This document shows positions 1-11,629 of a stretch of DNA of 64,000 nt, in pieces; position 1 is the stretch's first letter, and each line of letters opens with the position of its first letter. The position numbers and the translations under genes were made by a program. Source of the DNA: Mytilus californianus (taxonomy: Eukaryota); the NCBI RefSeq assembly GCF_021869535.1, contig NW_026262734.1, positions 96,038,001 through 96,102,000 on the forward strand, in the 5' to 3' direction. The notes beneath the pieces are model-generated. The model worked only from the letters and a program-made list of their open reading frames with translations. It did no database searches and was not told where the DNA came from.

Positions 1-169
1 GTTTAGCTTTGATACATTCGATTAAGCAATTGATTTTTGTTTGCTGAGAGTCCAGCTTATATGTTATGCCTGTCAAATTTATAGTTTCTCTAATAAGGAG
101 GTCGTTCAATAGGAATCGCGTGATATATTGGACTGTCTCTTGAAATGAAGGGTGTGTTAGATTTTACCT

Positions 170-560
170 TACAAAATATAATCCTTTTAAATGGTTGCAC
201 GGATTCTTAGAGTTCAAATAGCATGATACTGTTGCTCCATTCATCAGATTTAATTTAAGGATACCAAACTTAACGGGACTGCGTATTAAAATTTATGCAT
301 AGAAAAAAAGGATGTCGCTTGTGGGATAGGCTTACCCCTCAGATTCGTAAACTGGGATAAATGTCTTGAAATCGGGTTATCATCTCGGGATCGATGATTT
401 GACAAACTTTCCATTTATTCTTATGAGTACAAAAATGTTATTTAAGATTTATATGTTGAAGTACATATTTTAATTTTTCCTTTGTTTCAAGGAAATTAAT
501 TCAAAACTCTGTAATTGTATGTGTGATCTTTATCACTATTGCTGAATATGATCAACTTAA
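170..560 (+). mobile_element. Possible decayed LINE (CR1/L2-like) ORF2 C-terminus and 3' UTR
   Basis: Stop-ridden frame reads YNPFKWLHGFLEFK*...FIRFNLRIP, loosely like the C-terminal region of mollusc LINE RTs. Recognition by eye only. Confidence 0.25.
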
Positions 561-1604
561 TGTAAATATAAACTGGTCACCTACCTTTATCATCTTTTGA
601 TGTATAAATTATTCTCAAGTTCATTTCCATGTTTAATACCGGTGTTTTATGATTTACAATGGTTAATGTTTAAAATTCCAACAATGTAATATAGATATCA
701 ATAATCAATATGTTGTAGGTAAGTGTATTTTTTTTATCAAATTTTGACTGAACTTAATGTAAAAACAACACATTCTTGTTCCTATAGTATGATAATAGCA
801 ATTAGACCGAAAATGGGTTTCGGCACTGTTAATAGAAATTTGAATACTTTTAGATCATAGTTTAAAAGGAAAACAAACACCAAAACTATTACAAACAATG
901 ATGGATTTTGACATTTAGAAAAAGGATATCCACCAAAACGTTTTTTTACATTCACCAACTTACATAACGATGTGTGCTATTGGTATGGAAAACCAACTCG
1001 CACATAATAAGCAGTTACGTATTCATAGCAAATCTGCCCAATAAATTCACTAATTGACCAGCTACATGTGCTAAGAGAATTTTTCCATAATGCATCTCCT
1101 CGACTAGCTACTTGTTCGATTACCCTGCGACCTTTTATGCCACTTCGAAATTCAATAACTTTGTAATATCATATATTTTACCCAGTATACATGTATCGTA
1201 TTTTTTCGACATTGTATTTATGTTACAATATTATCAATTTCAACACCAAAATTTCAAAAGTCAAACGTGTTGCAATGAAGATAGCTTCTAAAAAAGCCCA
1301 TCGTCAAACCTTCTTTTGATAAGTCTTTTGCATACGTAAATGATATAGCAATCCAATCATAAAAGAATAATTAAAAAAAAACGGTACGAAAAAAGGAGGT
1401 AATAAATGTAAACAATCTGCTCTATCACCCTCTCAGCTATGTGCTATTTATATATTATTGTTAATATTCTTTTCGATTATTCGTGAAATATTTGCAACTG
1501 AACGTTAATCAATTAAATCAATCGATCAATCCAATAATCTATTTATATTAATAAAGGTTTTACCATAGAACGGAAAAAAATTACTGTTCAAGAAATATAA
1601 AATC

Positions 1605-1645
1605 TATAAATAGTGATCGTCTACGTCACGAGTTTCTCACTGCAA
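1605..1645 (+). promoter_or_regulatory. TATA box and Inr-like site upstream of candidate first coding exon
   Basis: TATAAATA at 1605-1612, a CTCACTG Inr-like site ~30 nt downstream, ATG at 1681. Confidence 0.4.
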
Positions 1646-1680
1646 CTGTTGAAAGTAAAAATACTAAACATATCAACAAA

Positions 1681-1819
1681 ATGACGACAAACTTTTATTC
1701 GGCACAAGAAGATTTCACTCGTCTTATATCTGCATTACCTCCGTTTGATTTGTCTAAGTTTGTTATATGGTTAGATCTGAAGATCTCAGAGTACAAAATA
1801 TTTGGACGTTTTGTGAGCG
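1681..1819 (+). CDS. Candidate exon 1 of uncharacterised multi-exon gene
   Basis: ORF MTTNFYSAQEDFTRLISALPPFDLSKFVIWLD...FVS is cut by a strong donor GCG|GTAAGT at 1820. Phase 1 is compatible with the exon at 7557. Confidence 0.5.
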
Positions 1820-2089
1820 GTAAGTACATGATGAATTTTATCTTAGTACACGTGTGTTATACATTTTAAAACATAAATAACTGATAAAACAAAGGCTAGC
1901 GATGCATTTTCTAACAATATATCCGTTATATTCATAAGATTATTCAAACACATTGTATCAAGCTTCTGCTGATTTATAGTATTAGTTGTAAATTGATAAG
2001 ATGAAAGATATAAATAATTATATAAAATATACTTCACTGCATGCTTTGGATGTTTTCAAGAAACATCCTTAATTTACCCACATGTATGG

Positions 2090-2195
2090 CAGGGGCCGAT
2101 CCAGCCATTATTAAAAGGGGGTCCTACCCAGGATAAAGGGAGGTTCCAACCACATGTCCCCATTCAAAAGCATTGATCGTCAAAAAAGGGGGGTA
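2090..2195 (-). mobile_element. Truncated MITE of the CAGTGGCGGATCC family
   Basis: Reverse-orientation match to the complete copy at 51204-51367 (shared caaaagcattgatcgtc and aaaaagggg segments). Confidence 0.6.
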
Positions 2196-2299
2196 CAGAA
2201 AAACACAGACGTCGAAGCAGAAAAACACATGGTTCAGATAAGATCAGGACTCGGTACATGCAGAAAATGTTGTGATGTTAAACGTGAACACACACGTCC

Positions 2300-2545
2300 C
2301 CTTTTGTCTATTTATACAACAACCTTTTTGTGTAATTATACACAACCCTTTTTGCCTATTTTTACAACTCCCAATTTTCCTATTAATTTTATAGAATAAC
2401 CATCTTGCCAATTTTAACACCTCTCCATTTCCGTTGTTTACATACACCTCTTTGCCTATTAAAAAATGCATTTTGTCTATCAATACACTTCCCACATTGC
2501 TGATCAAAATACCTCCAATTTTGCCTAATACTACATCTCCTCCTT
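2300..2545. repeat. Degenerate ~24-bp minisatellite, about 10 units
   Basis: TTGYCTA-like anchors at 2304, 2328, 2352, 2376, 2405, 2429, 2452, 2473, 2497, 2521. Confidence 0.6.
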
Positions 2546-2639
2546 TACTTATTTTTACATGTTATGCACATGAACACGTCACAGCCAAACGATTTATTAT
2601 TGAAAAAAAATTATGTCTGCAAGACTTAGTGTTTGCCTT

Positions 2640-2705
2640 TGATTGTTTGATTGTTGGTTCCTTAATATCCAGTGGCAAATATTTCATGAATGTTCAGGAC
2701 GAACA
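2640..2705 (-). mobile_element. SINE-like 3' tail with (AATC)n end
   Basis: cgtcctgaacattcatgaaatatttgcca... matches 51545-51615 (+) and a weaker copy at 1480-1530. Confidence 0.6.
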
Positions 2706-2719
2706 CTAATTTACAATAA

Positions 2720-3050
2720 ATACAATTGGTAGGTTGGTCCTGTAATGGAGGCCTTCTGGGGAGAAGGTCGGGGAAATTTGGACTGTCACGGGAAAATGGG
2801 GGTATATTGGATAGGGACAGAAATTTACCATGGCAACAGGCCACCTATGGACCCCTCAAAGAGTTGTTGCAAGGATTCTTAAAGTGCAAAGAGCGTTGCA
2901 CTCTCTTTACACGACGCATCGGATTTAACTTCCCCATTCTGACCGGACGTGACTGCAAACTTGTTCATCCCGCACAACCAAAACGGACGCCCCTTTTTGG
3001 TGAGGGCTTTACTGCCGGTCGGAGGAAGACCAATGGTAACCATATATCTA
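2720..3050 (-). mobile_element. SINE-like dispersed repeat body
   Basis: GC-rich non-coding segment. The minus strand matches 11630-11735 (ggctgtccgggatg...gttaaatccgatgc...gagagtgc). Confidence 0.6.
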
Positions 3051-5298
3051 TTCCCCAGTCACATTGAATAACAGTTGCTACGTGAATCCAGCACTTCTCT
3101 CACGCGAAGCTGATCTGGTTGAAAATTTAATTTTAAAAGTTTATGTATATTCATTTCCTTTGTGTTAGTATGATTACATTGCAAATGAATAAAAGTACTA
3201 CCAATGAAGCAGGAACGTAGCAACACATGTAATATATAAACCAGTGATCCAAGATCAATAACGTTCGATGGACGAGTGTCCATATTATTAATCAGGCTCT
3301 ATGAAATCTTCGAATACACTGTGCATGCATGTATTTATGGTATAATATGGTCTATGTAATATGACACAAAACAGTCACAAAACACTCCATACGTTTATAT
3401 GGGATGCGGGATAATTAGAATCAAACAATCGACAGAAAGTTAAATACGATTAAATGCATATGCTAAAGATTTCAAATAATTAAAACCAAAATTATAGAGA
3501 TGAGAAGAAAACTTATAATAAAACAATCTACTAGCAGTCCCACAACATGTGGCATAGGGAAAGTCACAACAGCAAAAACTTCAAAAAAAGTTCAATGATA
3601 GCTAGTCTATCACGGACGGTGGGAAATATAGCGCATTATTTTAAAAGATAAAAAAAAAATATTAAGTTATATAAATGAATGTAGATAAGATTTTTACCGA
3701 GAAGGCAAAAGATTTTAATCTTCACTGTAAATTGGTGAATGAAATTGTTTATGGCTTGAATGACCTTTAGAAACGATGTTTTCTCACAATGAAATTACAA
3801 AATATTTTATCATGTAACCAATCAACACTTTCCCTTAACAATATATATCACTTTGCCAGTGTGACATTTGACCGTAAAATATGTAAAATATTCAGCCATG
3901 TGGCAGCAACTAAAGTTAACGGTATGTAAATAATGTTGAACTGTAACTGCACTGATTTGTCCAATATAAATCAGTTTTGTGTCAACACCCCAGTTCTATT
4001 GTTATACTTCATAGTTTCTATTTCTGAAACAAGTGTAAATAGAATAGATCTATTGTTACGAATAACAATGGATTTTGACCACAGGGTGTGACGAGCGGGG
4101 CTTCTGGAAACCCCTGCTTCTACATCCCGAAAACACAGTTCATTGTTATTCATTACAATAGAAATTGATTATTTTTTAAATAGCATGAACATAAGAAATA
4201 TTGTTCACTACAAGTTGTTTCAAGATATTAAAAAACACATTTTAGGAAATTCCAATAGCGAAAAAAATATTAAGCATCTATTTTGAATTAAAAAAAATCC
4301 TTTAAGGGAAAAATAATTTGATTGATAGCGTTGAAAAACTAAATAAAATTGTTCGCGATTTGCGAGGAAAAAAATTTCTGACTCCGACAAAAAACCATAC
4401 CCCCCTCCCCCCCTTTGAATGCTCCCTTAATACTCCTTGCTTGAAGGTAACATTTTTGATCCCAGTCATATGTCTCTATTCTGCATCCCGGTCGTCAGGT
4501 TTCTAATCCAGACACACCTATCCCTCAGTGTGTCCGAATATGAATGTTTGTTTATTCTCGAGAAGGGGGACATAAAACATAAAAATACATTTATGATTAC
4601 CTTCATTAAACTGATACAGGTAAGTACTTTGAGTTATAATATTGCCTTTATCTTTAGTCTCTTTTACCAAATCCAACGCTTGACTCAAAATGTCGTCCGT
4701 CTTATACCCGTCCATATTGACAACTGCATACAAGGAGCATGATGTATTTTTTTTTTTTTTTTGTGATAAGAATGCACGAACTGCTGATTCATATTAGCAC
4801 CAGGATTTAACGGGAATATGCAAAATAACAACCTTGACATTTGTATAATCTACTCACTTGTCAACGTTTGAAATAACATAGTCAAAGTAAGGTTACTAGT
4901 GGGGTTTCATGTAAAAAAAAAATGTTTTTCTTATAAATCATGGTTCGATTTTGTCAATAAATATGCTATCCGTTCTTTTTCATTTAATAATCAATGTTAA
5001 CAAATATAGGGTTAATCATTGGGTGTAAGTTAGTTATACACTTCGGGATACGGCGTGTCTTGATAAGAAACCCCGACAGCCCTTACATTCCAGCTCATTT
5101 GTTCTACCAGGGGAGATCTGAGCCGGATCACCCCTGCCAGATCAGTAGTACCTAGCTTGAGTTTCCTTGTTCTGCATGCTTTCCTTTGTTCTGTAACATT
5201 TTGGCAGGAATGTAAAATCCACAATAAAACTTAGAAATATTAATACGGAAAAGACTTAGTAATACTATCAAAATTTGTGTAGAAAAAAATCAAGTATC

Positions 5299-5370
5299 TA
5301 TGCTGGGAATCGAACTCGAGACCTTTAGCATATAGACCCCTAGGCCTACACCAGGACGACAGGATAGAAA
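5299..5370 (-). mobile_element. tRNA-derived SINE head remnant
   Basis: Minus strand has an A-box-like TGGTGTAGG and B-box GTTCGATTCCC. It lacks a full cloverleaf, so it is not called a tRNA. Confidence 0.45.
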
Positions 5371-5538
5371 CTCTCTGTTAATTTAACATATTTATACATT
5401 GTGTTCGGGGATCATAAAGGGTATATACTATATAGTAATATATATAAAGTATACTATAATTATTGTGTGGCGTTCTAAACTAGATTTTATGAAGCGTAAA
5501 TGGGTTTTTATCTAATCTAGAACAGCTGGGATGTAAAA

Positions 5539-5642
5539 TAGTTATCCCATTCGGACTTGGTGTGTCAGTGCAAGATCACCCTCTGGCCTCCGGCCATCGG
5601 AGTGATCTTACACTGACACACCGCGTCCTCATGGGATAACTA
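5539..5642. mobile_element. Short palindromic (Crypton-like or MITE) element
   Basis: tagttatcccat...atgggataacta termini with an internal stem ggtgtgtcagtgcaagatcac / gtgatcttacactgacacacc. Confidence 0.7.
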
Positions 5643-6477
5643 CTACAGACACACCTATCCTTCGGTGTATAACTATTACAAAGGATTTAAAAATCGTTAA
5701 AATAAAAGCACTTCAACTACCAATCAATTGATCAATGGGAAAACATCTATTAACAGATTGATTGAAGAAAGAAAACAATATTATACATACATTGTACATC
5801 ATTTTACCATAGGTTAAGATGTGATATGATATTTTTCTACTCGGGATGGTAAATGTAATTGTGCATTATGAAATTGGTATTTTAAAATGCCAACTGTCTT
5901 TATGTCGTAAACCCCTCACACGTGACAGTTAATTGAAAATAATTAGTCAACGATTTCTACATGTGAGTATCTATTTTTATCTCTGAGCTGAATAAATTGC
6001 GTTCGATATTTATGAAAATTTTTTCTTGTAATTAGCAGACGTATCTCCCACTTCGTCTATACTGTTGAAAAACAACTCGTTTGTTTCGAATTTCTCAGAT
6101 ATAGCTAGTCCGATAACTGATCCGACCAAAAAGGAACAACCAAATCAGGTAAGTTGGGAAGAAAGTCATAAAAAAGCATTTGAAGTTTAAAGAATGCTTT
6201 GGTATAAGCTCCTGTTTTGAAGTTCTTATGAAAAAGTCCAAAAAATCAATAAAAAAATTATGCGGGTGACGAAATTGATCAAAAGTTATTTCTATACAAC
6301 AATTGTACATTTTAAAGAAATTATTTGGTGAACTATTAATTATTTGGTAAGCTGTGTTATTAGAAATATAATGCAGATACACGATGCTTTATGTTCAGTA
6401 TTTATTTAGATAATTGCATTAAAGCATGTGAATCTGAAATATGAAAAATGGTAATCTTTGCTGCATATTGGTAAAAA

Positions 6478-6740
6478 AAAATTGAAAAAATCATGTACAT
6501 ACAAAATCTAAAGATCTTTCGGTCACCGATTTTCGGAGTGTTCCACGAAGTCCTTAGCATTTTACAATTTCCAGAAATATACTTATTTTTTACATTTAAG
6601 TATACGGGTACACCGGTCTGCTCTTGTCACTTGAACATTCAATATAAAATATTGTCTTTTCGAGATTATAACAATTTAAAAGTCTGTCAGTGCAGGTTCA
6701 AAAATTAAAGATAAATATTTTTATTAAGTAGGTATCTTTT
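6478..6740 (+). mobile_element. Dispersed repeat fragment (family K)
   Basis: Aligns by eye in reverse orientation to 38555-38815 (caaaatctaaagatctttcg, caccggtctgctcttgtcac, aatttaaaagtctgtc). Confidence 0.7.
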
Positions 6741-7262
6741 TGTCCCCCGCACAACGCGTTGTGAAGGACATAAAAATACCGGGCGTCCGTCTGTCCGTCC
6801 GTCCGTCCGTTCGTCCGTCCGTTCGTCCGTCCGGTCTTGTTAGCGCTCTCACGTGTACAATTCTTGCCAGATTTTTATGAAACTTATATCATCGGTTTAT
6901 ATCAACAATGTTTGGACGAGTTCGAAAATCAGTGCCCATCAATTATTTTTAAAAGAGTTATGGCCCTTGGAAACTTTATTTATATGGAAAATTGCATTGT
7001 TAGAGCTCTATTGTGTTTTATTCTTGCCGGATTTTTATGAAACTTATATCATAGGTTTAAATCAGCAATGTCTTTGAGTTCGAAAACCAGTGCCGATCGA
7101 TCAATTATTTTAAAAAGAGTTATGCCCCTTGGAAACATTAATTATATGGAAAATTGCATCTTTAGGGTTCTCATGTGTACAATTCTTGCCAGATTTTTAT
7201 GAAACTTCTATCATAGGTTTATTTCAGCAATGTTTTTGATGAGTTCGAAATTCATTGCCGAT
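6741..7262 (+). mobile_element. 3'-truncated HINE (Helentron-associated / pearl-like) element
   Basis: 5' subTIR tgtcccccgc, (GTCC)n microsatellite 6785-6832, then ~160-bp tandem units. Same family as 13104-13830. Confidence 0.75.
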
Positions 7263-7556
7263 CTTTGTCCTTAAACATGATATTATCTAGTCAGGTTCTC
7301 TTCAAGTTGATATTATTACATGTACCCAATCAGATCGAAGAAACGAGAAAGTTTGATAGTAGTGGGCAGTGAATGACAAAGGCGTTATTGCAGAAAGCGA
7401 AATCGCGAAAAGAATTTGATTTTCGCTCTCACGATTTCGCGTTTTTGTTTTCCCGATTTCCGGCTACCATATTATTGATATGTGTGATTGATTTTATCTT
7501 TATGTGAAAATGTATTTAATTCATGTTGTGAATAGTATGCCTTATACTTTTTACAG

Positions 7557-8129
7557 AATCTGAAAAAGAGAAGTCACTAGCATCAATCTGTCCACAGTAC
7601 CAACAGTCTGATTTTATGAACAACAACCACTGTCGAAGCAATTACAAAGCGTCACAGAAGTCTCATAACCATAAAAACATATGTGCAAAAATATTTCATG
7701 AAGTTGCACAACAAACAGACGAAAATAAAACGGAAAATGAACGAAGATCTCCAGAAATTCAAAACAAGGTTTATGTGACTGCCTCAAAAAAAAATAAGAG
7801 CTTAATTGACGAAGATGAAATCAGTACAACTCAGAAGACTCAAAAGCAAGACACAGTTTGTGCAAAAATATTTCATGAAGTTGCACAACAAACAGACGAA
7901 AATAAAGCAGAAAATATGCGAAGATCACTAGAAGTTCAGGAAGACGTTTATATAACTGAAGATGGACATAGGTCACTACCATTCCAAATTATAGAATCAT
8001 ATGGAAATGTAAACGAGTCAGAAATTCACGGAGCGATATACGAGGCTAGTGACAGCAGTACCACTAATGTAAATACTGATATTGAGTCTCTTCGAGGACA
8101 AGGGAAAGAAGGCAATCAATGTCAAACAG
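7557..8129 (+). CDS. Large internal exon of uncharacterised gene, acidic low-complexity with 59-aa internal duplication
   Basis: Acceptor tttttacAG at 7555-7556, open frame (includes ORF 7616+), donor ACAG|GTAAAT at 8130, phase 1-1. Confidence 0.65.
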
Positions 8130-8487
8130 GTAAATCCATTAGCGTCAGTACCCCTGAAATAAGAGATTTACTACAGAGGGAGTGTTTTACGACTTTGACT
8201 ACTCGTGAGAGTCTCGCACGGTCGGTAATGAGAGATTTAAGTAGTGCCCTATTGAATATATTATAAATTCGCTTGTTCCTAGTTTGAAAAAGTCATGAAA
8301 GATCCGCAACAAGATTGAAGTGTTTCTTTTGTTTTACTGTTAAAAATTCTGTTCAAATTTATTTGAGCTTGAAACAAAAAATCTTGTTTTCCGGTACTAT
8401 TAAAACAATTGCTCTTAAAAGAAGTGGCAAATATTAGAGAGCTGGAAAATATGTCTACTAATATATTTTTTTGTATTACTGTTTGTT

Positions 8488-8820
8488 TGTTGCTTGACAT
8501 TTGCTAGCATTGTTTGCTATGGTTTTCTATTATAGTGTTTCACTTGACTCTGTGTTTGAGTTGTTGGTGATTTATAGAGTTATCTGCCCTTTATGTTTAT
8601 TGTTGCTTGACATTTTCTACCATTGTTTGCTATTGTTTTCTATGGTAGTTTTTCACTTGATTCTGTGTTTGAGTTGTTAGTATTTATAGAGTTATCTACC
8701 CTTTTTGTTTGTTGCTTGACATTTGCTAGCATTGTTTGCTATTGTTTTCTATATATGGTAGTGTTTAACTTGACTCTGTGTTTGAGTTGTAGGTGATTTA
8801 TATAGTTATCTACCCTTTAT
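8488..8820. repeat. Tandem repeat, 3 copies of ~110 bp
   Basis: tgttgcttgacatt starts at 8488, 8601 and 8710. Confidence 0.85.
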
Positions 8821-9300
8821 GGACAGATTTTTGTTGTATTTTCTTGTACATCTTTGAGTATTCGAATACTGAAACTTTGTGAGATAACCCATTTAAAATC
8901 CGACTTATTCCGTTGGTCTAGCACAAAAACTGGATGTGCTCACATCTCATCAATGTGTAATCGTTCAAGCTATAATATTTGCCACTGGCCGTTATGCAGC
9001 CACCAATCAATATTTCATCAATATTTCATTTTAACAGTATCAAGATCAAAATGAAGAAATACAATAATTGAATCGATTCGGGTTAGGGGGGAGGGGTCAC
9101 GAACAAAGCCTATTGAGAAGCAGACATTAAAGAAATGTGAATGTCACTCCAAAAAGGAAAATATAGAGTTCAAAACTTCCCCAGAGAACAATATGTCTTT
9201 ACAATTAAAATGCTTTCAGATTGATGAATAAAAAAAAATTAATATAGACTGATTTTATTATTGGAAATTTTATTAATGTCTTGGGTTTTTTTCTCTCCAG

Positions 9301-9401
9301 ATAGCGAAATGAACAAAGAAGAAAACTATGATGGAGAGATGAAGGAGGATATAGTTAACGTTTTAATAGAGGTTGAAAATACAGGACCAATTAACCAAAA
9401 G
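9301..9401 (+). CDS. Internal exon (DSEMNKEENYDG...PINQK)
   Basis: Acceptor tttttttctctccAG, donor AAG|GTAGCT, phase 1-0, open frame. Confidence 0.6.
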
Positions 9402-9700
9402 GTAGCTAACTAAACAAATTCATCCAGTTCCATACGACATACATGTACTTAAAAACAAATTTTGTTTTATTTTTAAATAGCGAAGTTAAAATATTTGAAT
9501 CACAGTCGATTGTAGAAATATATCGCACCAGTGTCCAAATTTCCTTTTTTTTTAATTGATTATAAAAAGACAATCTTTCTCTTAACAATGGTTGTTCAAT
9601 TATTTTTTTTTCTGATCTTCTGCAAAACAAAGGTGCGTTTTTTTCAATGAAAATGATTTTTATAAGTGAAGAGACGATTGTAGCAAACGAACCGCGCTCG

Positions 9701-9880
9701 TTGGTTGATTGATTGATTTGTTTGTGTTTAACGCAACTTTTAGAAGTCTTGTCAATAGCATGGTGGACAGTTATTACTGGTGAAGAAAGTCGGAGTTCCC
9801 AGGGAGAACCACCGACCTGCAGCAGGAAAGCTGCCCATCCTCGTCAATTAAGATAGGAGTCGAACGCACCTGATACGGGC
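9701..9880 (-). mobile_element. Mollusc SINE (RUDI/MESC-like) 3' part
   Basis: Minus strand reads gcaggtcggtggttctccctgggaactccg...gcgttaaacacaaac(aatc)n, typical of RUDI-type SINE ends. Confidence 0.6.
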
Positions 9881-10056
9881 TCGTTGGTAATTGAATATAA
9901 AATACATAGGAAAGTATAACTTTTCTCTTACATCCTTGATTTTATTGATATTGTTAAAATAAACAAAACAGTATCAGGAACTATAAATGATAATAATAAA
10001 CAAATATAAGAATATGTATGCATAACAATGTTAAAATATTTATCATTTATTTATAG

Positions 10057-10135
10057 ATTTCAAATGAAAGACTGAGTAGTGAAAAGGGAATAAATCCTGA
10101 CATAATAAACGAGCACGGATTGTCCACTACCACTG
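10057..10135 (+). CDS. Internal exon (ISNERLSSEKGINPDIINEHGLSTTT)
   Basis: Acceptor atttatttatAG, donor CTG|GTAAGT, phase 0-1. Bridges the flanking exons in frame. Confidence 0.6.
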
Positions 10136-10299
10136 GTAAGTAATTAGGTCTTTCCACTTTTCCGTGGAAAGACCTATTGGTTTTGTTCTGATTATTTTTT
10201 TTTTCTTCTGCCAAATTTTTTTTATATGCTGTATTTTTATTTCAAAAGAGATCGCTTAGTTTTTTGGTATATAATATCATTCAGTCTATACGCTTTTGA

Positions 10300-10815
10300 A
10301 ACTGACCCTGTTTAACCCAACACTTTTCTGTGTAAGAGTTATCTCCCCAAACACTGTTTTTCTTGTTATGAGATCTCCTTCGCAATCGTAAAAGAAAGCG
10401 ACAAATTTATTTTTTCCAAAATGCTCATTATATTCTCAGGATGCTACGTTTTATTTTGACCGAAGCTATCCGGAGACTCCATATGAGAGTTATTTCCCCT
10501 TTTGTATTTAAAATAAGTGAAATATAATTGTGACTGGTAAACCATAAGTGATAGAGACCTAGGGTCTTTTGATTTGAGGTCCTTGTTAAAAAAAAAAGAA
10601 AATTATGTCCAGGTCAAAGGTCAAGGTCATGTTCTAATTTTTTACGATGATTTATGTCGCTTCTTCCCAGAAAGAGTTATAGGTATCGACGAAACATCTT
10701 AACCAAAATGTTTGTCGCGACATGGCGTTATTGGAAGTTTTTTGTCAAAATGGCACGCGTCATTTTATTGCAGGGCCAATGCCCTTGAAATGGTAAAATC
10801 AACAAATTACTAATT
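10300..10815. mobile_element. Decayed dispersed repeat with gagttatctcccc and ggtcaaaggtcaaggtca motifs (HINE-like)
   Basis: Repeated gagttat(c/t)tcccc boxes. The ggtcaaaggtcaagg motif also occurs near 57015. Confidence 0.4.
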
Positions 10816-11629
10816 AAAACTTAAAACGCTGCAGCTATCATGTTGTAAATGTATCTTATCTCAATTATCAACCAAAGTCTACCACTACTACCACCCCCCC
10901 TTTTTTGCCAACTGTTTTTTTTTTTTTTTTTTAGTTCTATGAAAAGAAAATCGCCTTCAGTCCCGTGCTAATCCTTCTTATGTACAGTACTATAACAGCA
11001 GCATTATTTTTGTGTGCATGCAATGAATGAAGACTCGTGATCAGCGATTAGACAATAGTTTACCTGTAAAATAAACCAAGAAAATATATTCCCGTTAGCA
11101 CTATAAATACACGTGCGGTCCGCCTGATTGCGAAATTAAAATCAATGACGTACAAATCGCTCCCAACTTCGTAAAAAGTAGTGAAATCCTACAATCAAAT
11201 TTCTAAACATGCATTAAAATACAAATTTGTGCTCTGTAAATATGTGTACGAAAAAGGCATGCATGATCCGACATCAATGACCTATAAAAGATAAAATCAA
11301 TAGTTATCGTGTTACTCTTATCAATACACATGTGCTCTGTTCAACGGTCTTCCTTGAAAAGATATTAATATAACTCCAGACATATATATTTGAGCGTCAC
11401 GTGACTTCACAAAAACCACCGTGCGAGCGAACCCAAATCTAGAATAAAACATTCCATATCCAAATATAGAAAGTGAAACTTCCAAGACAAAATGTTACTC
11501 AGTTTTTCATACAAGTTCAAACAAAATGCACACGCTACAAACAAAAAAACCATGAAGTCCGAGTGCCCGTAGAAAAAAGAGAAAATTTATAAAAAGAAGA
11601 TGTAAGGAATTTTATTCATTAGGAAATCC

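Noticed and set aside
2048-2072. ggatgttttcaagaaacatccttaa as a collapsed Kolobok MITE
   Set aside because: Only 8-bp arms and no left TTAA; could be chance.
5120-5150. U1 snRNA similarity (ctggcagggg.gat) on the minus strand
   Set aside because: The 5' ACUUACCU, the remaining stem-loops and the Sm site are absent.
5299-5370. Functional tRNA gene
   Set aside because: A and B boxes only; the acceptor stem and cloverleaf do not form.
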